Shown: positions 38,612-47,553, numbered from the stretch's first letter. The stretch: 64,000 bases of DNA from Bryobacteraceae bacterium (GCA_033762895.1 JANRLE010000380.1:12243-76242); one strand, 5' to 3'. Made by a program: numbers and translations. The notes: generated from the letters alone by a model not told the origin.

Positions 38612-40018
38612 ATGTGGAATCGAAGAAGCTTTCTGATGGCGGCGGGCTCCAGCGCCATCGCCGCGGCCTGGCAGCGCGAGCAGCGCCGCAACGTGCTGTT
38701 CATCGCCGCCGACGATCTGAACCATCGTTTTAGCACCTACGGCGAAAAGATCGTCCCCACGCCGAACCTGGATGCCATCGCCAGCCGCGGGGTGCGCTTT
38801 GACCGCGCCTACTGCCAGTTCCCGCTCTGCAGCCCGTCGCGCACCTCCGTGATGACCGGGCTCTCTCCGGACGCCACCGGTGTCTACGATCTGCAGAAAC
38901 ATTTCCGCAGCTCGCGTCCTGAAGCCGTCACACTCGGCCAGGCGTTCCAGAAGAACGGCTATTTTGTGGCCCGCGCCGGCAAGATCTACCATTACGGCAA
39001 CCCCGGCCAGATTGGCACCGACGGTCTGGACGACGCACCCACCTGGATGAAGCGCGTCAACCCGGCCGGCGTCGACAAGACCAAAGAAGAGCAGCTGATC
39101 CGCAATGTGACGCCGCAGCGCAAGGGCCTGGGCAGTTCCCTGAGCTTCCTTGCCTCCGATGCCGGCGACAGTGAACATACCGACGGCATGGTGGCCGCCG
39201 AAATCGTGCAGATGATGGAGCAGCATCGCAACGATGCCTGGTTCCTCGGCGCGGGATTCTATAAGCCCCACTGCCCCTATGTCGCACCGAAAAAATATTT
39301 CGACATGGTCCCCAAGGACCGGCTGAAACTGGTGCCCTTCGAGGAATGGGAGATGTCCATCGCCCCCAAACCCGCCTACTGGACCAACCCCGCCAACTGG
39401 GGCGTAAGTGAAAAGGATCGCCTGGACGCCATGCAGGCTTACTTTGCCACCATCCTGTTTCTCGACGCCAATATCGGCCGCCTGCTGGATGCCCTGAAGC
39501 GTACGGGCCAGCAGGATCGCACCACCATCGTATTCTGGAGCGATCACGGCTACGGACTCGGCGAACACGGCCAGTGGATGAAGCAAACGGTGTTCGAACA
39601 CTCGGCGCGCTCGCCTTTGCTGATGTGCGGCGCCGGAGTGAAGGCACGCGGCAAGGGATGCGGCAGAACCGTCGAGTTTCTGGACATCTATCCCACGCTC
39701 GCCGATCTGTGCGGACTCAAAGACGTTCCGCGCGGCTTACACGGAACCTCGCTTCGCCCTCTGCTTGACAATCCTGCCGCTCCCTGGGATCGCCCGGCCA
39801 TCACGCAGGTACACCGCGGCAAGCTGCGCGGCTATTCCATCCGCACCGGCCAGCATCGTTACTCCATGTGGGACGAAGGCCGCGAGGGTGAGGAGTTGTA
39901 TGACTACGCAAGCGATCCACGCGAGTTGAAAAACCTGGCGCGCGACGCCGCGGCGTCCGGCCTCAAGGCGAAACTGCGGACCCGCCTGGACGCCATCATC
40001 AAGACGCGGCAGGTGTGA
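38612..40018 (+). CDS. sulfatase (iduronate-2-sulfatase-like), Tat/Sec signal
   Basis: MWNRRSFLMAAGSSAIAAA, NVLFIAADDLN and CQFPLCSPSRTSVMTG (CxPxR formylglycine motif). Confidence 0.85.
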   Translation: MWNRRSFLMAAGSSAIAAAWQREQRRNVLFIAADDLNHRFSTYGEKIVPTPNLDAIASRGVRFDRAYCQFPLCSPSRTSVMTGLSPDATGVYDLQKHFRSSRPEAVTLGQAFQKNGYFVARAGKIYHYGNPGQIGTDGLDDAPTWMKRVNPAGVDKTKEEQLIRNVTPQRKGLGSSLSFLASDAGDSEHTDGMVAAEIVQMMEQHRNDAWFLGAGFYKPHCPYVAPKKYFDMVPKDRLKLVPFEEWEMSIAPKPAYWTNPANWGVSEKDRLDAMQAYFATILFLDANIGRLLDALKRTGQQDRTTIVFWSDHGYGLGEHGQWMKQTVFEHSARSPLLMCGAGVKARGKGCGRTVEFLDIYPTLADLCGLKDVPRGLHGTSLRPLLDNPAAPWDRPAITQVHRGKLRGYSIRTGQHRYSMWDEGREGEELYDYASDPRELKNLARDAAASGLKAKLRTRLDAIIKTRQV

Positions 40019-40022
40019 AACA
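40002..40022 (+). repeat. direct repeat copy 1 (AGACGCGGCAGGTGTGAAACA)
   Basis: Covers the last codons, stop and 4 nt after the sulfatase gene. Repeated 549 bp downstream with one mismatch. Confidence 0.85.
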
Positions 40023-40130
40023 CTCCCGGCCGCCGCGATCGCTCGCCGTCCGGCCCACACCGGATGTCCAACGCTACCAGATTATCTTCGCACCCACCTG
40101 GATGATGCGCGCTGGCGGATGGCGTGGTCG

Positions 40131-40159
40131 TTGCAATGTCTATGCATTGCATATACATT
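40131..40159 (+). promoter_or_regulatory. candidate promoter with inverted-repeat operator upstream of the antitoxin-like gene
   Basis: TTGCAA, a 17-nt spacer, then TACATT. The spacer contains the inverted repeat TTGCAATG / CATTGCAT. Locally AT-rich compared with the surroundings. Confidence 0.4.
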
Positions 40160-40192
40160 TATCTCGAACGCCGCTGAGAGGGGAGTGACGAA

Positions 40193-40567
40193 ATGGAAAA
40201 GCGAAGAACTACGCCTCGGAGTGTTCCTAAGTTCGCGAGCGAGCAGGAAGAGGCCCAATGGTGGGCCAGTCCGGAAGGCCGGAAGTTCCTGAAGGAGCAC
40301 TCCGCGCACCGGGTACAGAAGCCGTCCAGCGGCTCGAAGTTAGTCGCAAAGGTTGCCAAAGCCAATACCGTGCAAATCGCTTTGCGGTTGCCTTCGCCAG
40401 ACCTGGCCAAGGCCAGGGAAATTGCCGAGCGAAAAGGCATCGGCTACCAGACGCTTATAAAGATGATCGTACATGAGGGCTCCAACGGGCGGGGCGGCAA
40501 AGTTGAGCCGATGTCCGGGACAGCGGGTGACTGCGCGGCAGTTGGACTTGAGACCCGGCAGGTGTGA
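40193..40567 (+). CDS. BrnA/CopG-like (RHH) antitoxin-family protein with aberrant C-terminal tail
   Basis: FASEQEEAQWW...VQIALRLPSPDLAKAREIAERKGIGYQTLIKMIVHEG matches the BrnA-type pattern (IxLRLP...GIxYQTLIK). The last about 28 aa are unrelated sequence and end in the duplicated TRQV-stop of the sulfatase. Confidence 0.6.
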   Translation: MEKRRTTPRSVPKFASEQEEAQWWASPEGRKFLKEHSAHRVQKPSSGSKLVAKVAKANTVQIALRLPSPDLAKAREIAERKGIGYQTLIKMIVHEGSNGRGGKVEPMSGTAGDCAAVGLETRQV

Positions 40568-40571
40568 AACA
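40551..40571 (+). repeat. direct repeat copy 2 (AGACCCGGCAGGTGTGAAACA)
   Basis: Matches copy 1 at 20 of 21 positions. Supplies the stop codon of the antitoxin-like ORF and lies 9 nt before the next gene. Confidence 0.85.
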
Positions 40572-40580
40572 ATCAACACC

Positions 40581-41822
40581 ATGACTCGCCGAGCACTCCT
40601 CAAATCGCTTGCCGCCCTCCCGGCCGCCGCGCTGCTCCGCCCGCATATCGCTGAAGCGTCACTGCCCAAAGCGAAGATCACGCGGGTCAAGATCTGGAAG
40701 CCGCCAAACCACAATCCCCTCTTCAACCAGAGCAACATGATGGTGACCGTGGAGACCGACATCGGCATCACGGGCACCGGCGAAGGCGGCTCCAAAGACA
40801 CGCTGGAGCAATGCGCCGGCTCGCTTATCGGGAAAAATCCGTTCCGTATTGAAGCGCTGTGGCAGGAGATGTACATCGCCTGGTTTTACCCGCCGGGACG
40901 GGAGAAGATCCACGCCCAGGGGGCAATGGATCTGGCTCTGTGGGACATCAAGGGCAAGGCGCTGAAGCTCCCCGTCCATGAGCTACTCGGGGGCATGGTG
41001 CGCAATTATTGTGAATGTTACGCCACCGGCGGCGGCCGCCCCGCGGGAACGAACCCGAACGAGCGGCTGAGCCTGCGGGAACGGGCCAAGGCCACCATGG
41101 AAGCCGGCTACCGCGCCTTCCGTATGGGCGCCGGCGACACGCAGGCCGAAGGCGTTTTTAACACCCACGAACGCGTCCGCAAAGTGGCCCGCGACTGTAA
41201 GGAAGTGCGCGAAGGCGTAGGCCCGGACGGCGATTGGTGCATCGATTTCCACCAGCGCTTCGACTATTCCGACGCTGTGCGCGCCTGCCGCCTGATTGAG
41301 GATTACGAGCCCTACTTCGTCGAAGACCCTGTGCGCGACGAACACGCCCATCAGGACCTGCCCAAACTGCGCCAGATGACCACCGTGCCCCTCACACACG
41401 GCGAGGAATGGGGCCAGCGTTATGACTTCAACAAGCTGGTGGAAAACCACGACATCGACTACATCCGCGCCACCCTGCCCAACGTCGGCGGCTTAACCGA
41501 GATGATGAAGATCGCCGCGCTGTGCGAAACCCATGCCGTGGGCATCGTGCCCCATTTCACCGGCCCCATCGCCACCGCCGCGCTGGTGAACTGCCTCGCC
41601 ACCTTCCCCGGGCCCGTGATTATGGAGTACAACTACGGCGGCCGCCCGATTCCGCACCTGCCCGAGTGCCTGGATTTCAAGAACGGCAAGGCGTATCCGA
41701 ACGACCGGCCGGGACTGGGCGTGACGGCGGATTTCAAACAATTGCAGCAGATCGGCGAGGTCACCGAACCCGGACGGCGCAATGTGTTTTTCCGTCCCGA
41801 TGGGTCGATGACTCACTGGTAG
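40581..41822 (+). CDS. enolase-superfamily (mandelate racemase/muconate lactonizing, acid-sugar dehydratase-like) enzyme with a twin-arginine signal
   Basis: [19 protein letters not shown] (close to the S/T-R-R-x-F-L-K consensus), DLALWDIKGKALKLPVHELLGG, IDFHQRF and EDP. Confidence 0.8.
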   Translation: MTRRALLKSLAALPAAALLRPHIAEASLPKAKITRVKIWKPPNHNPLFNQSNMMVTVETDIGITGTGEGGSKDTLEQCAGSLIGKNPFRIEALWQEMYIAWFYPPGREKIHAQGAMDLALWDIKGKALKLPVHELLGGMVRNYCECYATGGGRPAGTNPNERLSLRERAKATMEAGYRAFRMGAGDTQAEGVFNTHERVRKVARDCKEVREGVGPDGDWCIDFHQRFDYSDAVRACRLIEDYEPYFVEDPVRDEHAHQDLPKLRQMTTVPLTHGEEWGQRYDFNKLVENHDIDYIRATLPNVGGLTEMMKIAALCETHAVGIVPHFTGPIATAALVNCLATFPGPVIMEYNYGGRPIPHLPECLDFKNGKAYPNDRPGLGVTADFKQLQQIGEVTEPGRRNVFFRPDGSMTHW

Positions 41823-41841
41823 GGGCGGATATCGGCGGTCT

Positions 41842-42699
41842 CTAGAACTGCTTCCTCCACACCGCCGCCGCGTACGGACTTCGCAGGCTGAGCGTCACGC
41901 CATCAAACGCCGCCTGATTCAGCACCGGCGCCCAATCCACAAAAGACGGATTGTCGGTCCACATCGTCTGAACCATATACCCCGCCCCCATACGCTGCAT
42001 GACGCCGCGATATTGGAACGGAAACGGCAATCCGTAGTGCATCACAGAGGCCGCAAACTGATACTGGCCCGGCCCGGTGGAGTTGATTTGCATGGTGGCG
42101 CCCGCCACCGGCGGCATCACGGCGGGGACCAGCGAAACCAGCGAATAGAGTCCGTCGAGCGCGGGCTCAGGCGGCGGTGGGGGCGGAGGTTGAACCATGC
42201 CACTGCCTCCCGCGTTTCCACCGCCGGCGTGGTTGGTGATGGCCTGGATGATTTTCTCCACACCCGCATCGTAGTAATCTTCCACCAGATTAATCGCCTG
42301 GAAGTCACAAATGGCCGCAACATCGGCAGGCAACTGTGCGCGCGGCGGAATACCGGCGCCCCCCACTCGCACCGGAATGATGGGGATCCGGAGGCGCAGC
42401 GCGGTGGTGACTTCAAAACGAAGCTGGTCTTCGGGATCGTGGATTCTGGGCCTCCCATCCTTGCCCGGGGCCAGCCACTCCGGGCCGATGATGAGAACAA
42501 ACACGCGGCAGACGCCAAGCGCCCGCTCGATCTCTTCCCGCCATCTGCGTCCGGCGTCGATGCCTTCCAGATCGAGAAAAACCCTGTCGCCCCAGCGGCT
42601 GCTTAGTCGGTCGTAGATAGCCCGCGCTTCGGCCCTGCTGTCATCGCGGCGGTAACAGATAAAGATGTCGCGTGTCGCGGACATGAGTGGAGGAATCAT
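41842..42699 (-). CDS. TIR domain protein with poly-Pro linker and an unknown C-terminal domain
   Basis: DIFICYRRDDSRAEARAIYDRL...RVFLDLEGIDAGRRWREEIERAL..CRVFVLIIGPEW...LRFEV...IPIIPVRV fits the TIR_2 pattern. This is followed by PPPPPPPEP and about 105 aa with no motif I recognise. Confidence 0.75.
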   Translation of the reverse strand: MIPPLMSATRDIFICYRRDDSRAEARAIYDRLSSRWGDRVFLDLEGIDAGRRWREEIERALGVCRVFVLIIGPEWLAPGKDGRPRIHDPEDQLRFEVTTALRLRIPIIPVRVGGAGIPPRAQLPADVAAICDFQAINLVEDYYDAGVEKIIQAITNHAGGGNAGGSGMVQPPPPPPPEPALDGLYSLVSLVPAVMPPVAGATMQINSTGPGQYQFAASVMHYGLPFPFQYRGVMQRMGAGYMVQTMWTDNPSFVDWAPVLNQAAFDGVTLSLRSPYAAAVWRKQF

Positions 42700-42826
42700 A
42701 CCATCGGTGGCGCGGGCCTGTCACATTGGCCAATCCGAAGCGGTACAATATCGATTAAGATCAGGGGGCCGCAACCGCGCGGTTGGCTCGATCAATTTTT
42801 TCTCTCGCGAAATAAGGGGAAGTTTC

Positions 42827-45800
42827 ATGCCTATACCAAGGCCAATTCTGGTTTTGTTTGTGGCTTTGTGCCTGCTCACCGCGTTGCCGGCGCACAGCCA
42901 GGTTTTGTATGGATCGCTCGTCGGAGTCGTGGAAGACCCGAGTGGAAGCGTGATTCCGAACGTGGCCGTGACAGCCACCAATAGCAGCACTGGCCAGACT
43001 TACGAGGCCAAAACGGACGAAGGCGGCCGTTTTTCCCTCACCAACGTTCTTCCAGGAGACTACGAAGTGAAGGTGGCGGCTTCCGGTTTCCGCACGCAGG
43101 CCAGGTCGAACGTGCGCGTCACGTCCAACACCGTTACACGCGCCGACATGCGCCTGGAAGTGGGCCAGTTGGCCGAACAGATCACAGTGGAAGCCGGAGT
43201 ATCGGTTCTTCAGACTGATAAGTCCGATACGCACACGGAACTGAACTCAAAGCAGATCGCGAATCTGCCGCTGCCCGGCTTCCGCAATTATCAGAGCCTG
43301 ATCAATCTGGTGCCCGGGGCAACGCCCGCCGGATTCCAGAACTCCATTACCGACACGCCGGGCCGTTCGCTCACCACCAATATCAACGGCACCAACCGCA
43401 ATAACAACACCACGCGAATTGACGGCGCGGCCAGCGTGAATCTGTGGCTGCCCCACCATGCCGGCTACGTGATGCCGGCCGAAATGGTGGACACGGTCAA
43501 CATCACCACCTCGGCCTCGGACGCCGAGCAGGGTCTGGCCGGCGGCGCGGCCATCACCGTGATCACCAAGAGCGGCACCAACGAGTTGCACGGAAGCCTG
43601 TTTGAATATCACGACAACCAGCGCCTGTATGCCCGCAACTTCTTCCTGCCGTCCAATCAGAACAAGCCGGTATCGAACTACAACAACTTCGGCGGCACCA
43701 TTGGCGGGCCGATCAAGAAGAACAAGCTGTTCTTCTTCTACAGCTACGACAACACCAAGCAGCGCAGCGGTGCGTTTGGCCGTTACTCGGTTCCCGAAGC
43801 GGATTTCCGCGCGGGCAATTTCAGCCGCAACGTGGCCACCACAATCTATGACCCGGCCACTGGCGCCGCCGATGGTTCCGGGCGAACGCCGTTTGCGGGT
43901 AACATCATTCCCGGCTCGCGCATCAGCCCGATTGCGCAGCGAGTGCAGGCATTTTATCCGCTGCCGAACATCGCTGGCGCAGTCGACGCGAACAATTTCT
44001 CCGCCTCTGCGACGCCGGCGTTTAACCGGCAATACAACGACGTCAAGATCAATTACAACCGCAACTCCAACCACTCCATCTGGGGCCGTTACAGCCGCAT
44101 GGATGCGCTGGTTGTCGGCTTCCCGATCTTCGGCGAAGGCGTAGGCCCGGCTCCGGGTTCCGATCCCGGCACCGGCGATACGCTGGTGCAGAACGCATCG
44201 CTCGGCCATACGCTCACCCTGTCACCCACGCTCCTGCTGGACGGCGTGATCGGCTATCAGCGGCAGGACCAGGTGGTGCAGAGCACCGACTTCGGCAAGG
44301 ACTTCAGCCAATCGCTGGGCATTCCCGGCATCGGTGGCGCTGACCCGCGCGAGAAGGGCTTTCCCAACATCAACATCACCGGCTTCAACGGCTTCGGCGC
44401 TCCCGGATGGATGCCGCTGGAGCGGATTGAAGAGAACTACACCATGAGCCACAACCTGACGTGGATCAAGGGGGCGCACACCTTCCGCTTTGGATTTGAC
44501 GGAACCAACTACCGGATGACGCACTGGCAGCCGGAGTTGGGCGCGGGCCCTCGCGGCGCCATCAATTTCAGCGGCGGCCCCACAGCGCTTGGCCCCACGG
44601 GCGTTATCAACTTCAACCACGCCTATGCGTCGTTCCTGCTGGGCGAATCCACGCAGATGCAGAAGAGCATCCAGTACATCATCATGACCCCGCGCGAATT
44701 CCAGTTTGGCTGGTACGGGCAGGATCGCTGGCAGGTTTCGCGTAAGCTGACGCTGACGCTGGGCCTGCGCTACGAATACTACCCACTGATGACGCGCGCG
44801 GCCGGCAAGGGCATTGAGCGGCTGGATCCGGAAACCAACCAGGTGTTTCTGGGCGGCCGCGGAAACGTCCCGCGCAACGTGGGCGTTACGGTGAGCAAGA
44901 CGCTGTTTGCTCCCAGCATCGGCTTTGCCTATCGCGCCACGGACAAGACGGTGGTGCGTGGCGGCTATGGCCTGCACTATGATCCGCTGCCGTTCTCGCG
45001 TCCGCTGCGCGGCTTCTATCCGCTGACGGTGAACTTCGCGTTTAACCAGCCGGGCAATGCCTTCACTACGGCTCGCAAGCTGGCCGACGGCATCCCCCCG
45101 GTGACCGGCCCCGATCTTTCCTCGGGCGTCGTCAACCTGCCGGCCGTGGCCGATATGCGCAGCCCCTACGCCGGTGAAATCAACCGCGGCTATATCCAGT
45201 CGTGGAACTTCACGCTGGAACGCCGGCTGCCGATGGATCTGATCACTTCGGTGGCCTACGTCGGCACGCAAAGCGTTCACCTGCTGGCCGACCGGGACAT
45301 CAATTCCGGCTTTCCCGGCTCCGGCTCGGCGGGCCGTCCGTACGCGGCCCGTTTTAACCGGCTCACCTCCACTCTTATGTGGGACGGCTATCTCAGCGCG
45401 AACTACCACTCGCTGCAGACCAGCGTCCGCAAGCAGTTTTCCAAGGGCGTGATGCTGCAGGGTTCCTACACGTGGTCAAAGGCGATCAACCTCACCGACG
45501 ATGATGGCTGGGCCGGCGTAAATTGGAATTGGGGACCGGTGTTCAACCGCAACCGCGCGGCGGCTGGCTATGACCGCACGCACATGTTCAACCTCGGCTG
45601 GGTGTATGAGCTTCCGTTCGGCAAGGGCAAGCAGTTCGCCAATGCCGGCGGCGCGCTCAATCACATTGTCGGCGGCTGGTCAGTGAATGGCGTAATCCAG
45701 GCCTATACGGGCACCCCGTTCACGGTGACGGCGCCGGGCGGCTCCGTGAACGCGCCCAGCAATCTGCAGACGGCCGACCAGGTGGGACCGGTGGACCTGC

Positions 45801-46114
45801 TTCGCCAGGTCGGTCCGGGCACAAACTGGTTTTCGCCCGGTTCGTTCCGCGCCGTGACAGAGCAGCGTTTCGGCACCACTGGCCGCAACATCCTGCGCAA
45901 TCCCAGCGTGTGGAATACCGACGTGATGTTGAACAAGAACATCGCGGTCACCGAGAAGGTCACCCTGGACTTCCGGTCGGAATTCTACAACCTTCCGAAC
46001 ACGTCGCACTTTGGGGGCGTGGCGAGCTCGGATGTGACGAACCCCAACTTCATGCGCATTCTCAGTGCGTTTGGAGAACGCAGGATCCGGTTCGGACTGC
46101 GGCTCGGGTTCTAG
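42827..46114 (+). CDS. TonB-dependent receptor with N-terminal carboxypeptidase-regulatory-like domain
   Basis: Signal MPIPRPILVLFVALCLLTALPAHSQ, then GVVEDPSGSVIPNVAVTATN...GGRFSLTNVLPGDYEVKV (CarboxypepD_reg), a plug and barrel, and a terminal ...RFGLRLGF. Confidence 0.85.
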   Translation: MPIPRPILVLFVALCLLTALPAHSQVLYGSLVGVVEDPSGSVIPNVAVTATNSSTGQTYEAKTDEGGRFSLTNVLPGDYEVKVAASGFRTQARSNVRVTSNTVTRADMRLEVGQLAEQITVEAGVSVLQTDKSDTHTELNSKQIANLPLPGFRNYQSLINLVPGATPAGFQNSITDTPGRSLTTNINGTNRNNNTTRIDGAASVNLWLPHHAGYVMPAEMVDTVNITTSASDAEQGLAGGAAITVITKSGTNELHGSLFEYHDNQRLYARNFFLPSNQNKPVSNYNNFGGTIGGPIKKNKLFFFYSYDNTKQRSGAFGRYSVPEADFRAGNFSRNVATTIYDPATGAADGSGRTPFAGNIIPGSRISPIAQRVQAFYPLPNIAGAVDANNFSASATPAFNRQYNDVKINYNRNSNHSIWGRYSRMDALVVGFPIFGEGVGPAPGSDPGTGDTLVQNASLGHTLTLSPTLLLDGVIGYQRQDQVVQSTDFGKDFSQSLGIPGIGGADPREKGFPNINITGFNGFGAPGWMPLERIEENYTMSHNLTWIKGAHTFRFGFDGTNYRMTHWQPELGAGPRGAINFSGGPTALGPTGVINFNHAYASFLLGESTQMQKSIQYIIMTPREFQFGWYGQDRWQVSRKLTLTLGLRYEYYPLMTRAAGKGIERLDPETNQVFLGGRGNVPRNVGVTVSKTLFAPSIGFAYRATDKTVVRGGYGLHYDPLPFSRPLRGFYPLTVNFAFNQPGNAFTTARKLADGIPPVTGPDLSSGVVNLPAVADMRSPYAGEINRGYIQSWNFTLERRLPMDLITSVAYVGTQSVHLLADRDINSGFPGSGSAGRPYAARFNRLTSTLMWDGYLSANYHSLQTSVRKQFSKGVMLQGSYTWSKAINLTDDDGWAGVNWNWGPVFNRNRAAAGYDRTHMFNLGWVYELPFGKGKQFANAGGALNHIVGGWSVNGVIQAYTGTPFTVTAPGGSVNAPSNLQTADQVGPVDLLRQVGPGTNWFSPGSFRAVTEQRFGTTGRNILRNPSVWNTDVMLNKNIAVTEKVTLDFRSEFYNLPNTSHFGGVASSDVTNPNFMRILSAFGERRIRFGLRLGF

Positions 46115-46131
46115 ACGCTTACCTGAACACC

Positions 46132-46170
46132 AAAGGCCCCGGACTGATGAGGTCCGGGGCCTTTCGTTTG
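46132..46170 (+). terminator. intrinsic terminator after the TonB-dependent receptor gene
   Basis: GGCCCCGGAC, a 7-nt loop, GUCCGGGGCC, then UUUCGUUUG. Confidence 0.65.
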
Positions 46171-46193
46171 TGCGGCTGTACTAAGCTTGCGGT

Positions 46194-47552
46194 ATGCATC
46201 TTCGACGCCGCGACCTCGCAGCCGGACTCTCCGCCGCGCTTCCCGCTTTCAGTCAGCCGCGCCGGTCAGGCTCGCTCGAAACGCGGCTGCTCGACGCATT
46301 GAACCGCATCGACGCCGTGAACACACACGAGCACATCATCCCGGAGTCTGAGCGCACGTCAAGGCCGATCGACTTCTTCACACTCGCCGGGCACTATGCC
46401 ATCAACGACGTGGTATCGGCCGGGCTGCCGCCTGATGCGCTCGCGCAGATCAACAATCCCGAAGTCGCGGCCGATCAGCGATGGCGCCTGTTTGAACCGT
46501 TCTGGAAGCACGCCCGCTTCACGGGTTACGGCCAGGCGCTGCGCATCGCCATCGCCGACATCTACGATTCGGAAATCTCGGCCACGACGCTCGGCAAGAT
46601 CAATGACGCCATCCGCGCGCAAAACAGGCCCGGACTCTACCGCCGCATCCTGAAGCAGAAGGCGCGCATCCGCGTGTCGGTGCTGGATGACTACTGGAAC
46701 GCCACGCCTGTGAAGCCGGACCCGGAATTCTTCGTACTGGCGCACAAGTTTGACCGTTTCATCACGCCCGCCACACGCTGGGACGTCGAACAGCTCGAAA
46801 AGATCACCGGCGTCTCCATCACATCGCTGGCCGGGCTGAAGCGCGCCATGGAAACGAACTTCCGGCAGTTCGTGGAGCTTGGCATGGCGACGGTGAAGTC
46901 CACCATCGCCTACAACCGGGAACTGCTTTTTCGAGAAGTGGGGTCGGCCGATGCCGGGCGGGATTTCGAAGCTTTGATGAAGGGCGAACGTGTGCTGCCG
47001 GAACGCTTCCGCCGCAACGTGGAGCGGCCTTTCCGCAATCTGGAGGATCACATGTTCCACCACCTGATGGGGCTGGCGGCGGCGCATCGCGTGCCTGTAC
47101 AGATCCATACCGGGCTGCATGCGGGCAACGGCAACTTCATCGCCAACTCCAACCCCACACACCTGACGAACCTGTTCTTCCTCTACCCTCAGGTTCGTTT
47201 CGATCTTTTCCACATGAGTTATCCCTACCAGGGCGAATTGTCGGTGCTGGCGAAGATCTTCCCCAATGTCCACGCCGATTTCTGCTGGGCGCATATCATT
47301 TCGCCCGGCGCCGCGCGGCAGGCTTTGCACGAATTTCTGGAGACCGTGCCGGCGAATAAGATCTTCGGATTCGGCGGCGACTACCGCTATCCCGAACTCA
47401 CTTACGCCCACGCGAAGATGGCGCGGCGCAACATCGCGCAGGTGCTGGCGGAAAAGACCGCCGCGGGCTTCTGCGGTGAAGACGAAGCCCTGGAGTTGGG
47501 GCGTATGCTGCTGCACGACAACCCGGCGGCGTTCTTCCTGCGGGCAGGGTGA
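46194..47552 (+). CDS. amidohydrolase-superfamily metal-dependent hydrolase
   Basis: VNTHEHII metal-binding motif near the N-terminus, later QIHTGL and FGGDYRYPE. Signal-like N-terminus. Confidence 0.65.
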   Translation: MHLRRRDLAAGLSAALPAFSQPRRSGSLETRLLDALNRIDAVNTHEHIIPESERTSRPIDFFTLAGHYAINDVVSAGLPPDALAQINNPEVAADQRWRLFEPFWKHARFTGYGQALRIAIADIYDSEISATTLGKINDAIRAQNRPGLYRRILKQKARIRVSVLDDYWNATPVKPDPEFFVLAHKFDRFITPATRWDVEQLEKITGVSITSLAGLKRAMETNFRQFVELGMATVKSTIAYNRELLFREVGSADAGRDFEALMKGERVLPERFRRNVERPFRNLEDHMFHHLMGLAAAHRVPVQIHTGLHAGNGNFIANSNPTHLTNLFFLYPQVRFDLFHMSYPYQGELSVLAKIFPNVHADFCWAHIISPGAARQALHEFLETVPANKIFGFGGDYRYPELTYAHAKMARRNIAQVLAEKTAAGFCGEDEALELGRMLLHDNPAAFFLRAG

Positions 47553-47553
47553 T

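Noticed and set aside
38549-39601. N-terminal 350 aa of the 1238-aa minus-strand ORF 35885..39601
   Set aside because: This part is antisense to the sulfatase gene and has no family signal. The real DUF1553-type protein begins with a signal peptide at 38548 (or 38566).
40024-40192. Remnant of a BrnT (DUF497) toxin upstream of the antitoxin-like gene
   Set aside because: One frame reads ...DDARWRMAWSLQCLCIAYTFISNAAERG, which only vaguely recalls the BrnT C-terminus (RIISARKA). The similarity is too weak and too short to call without a profile search.
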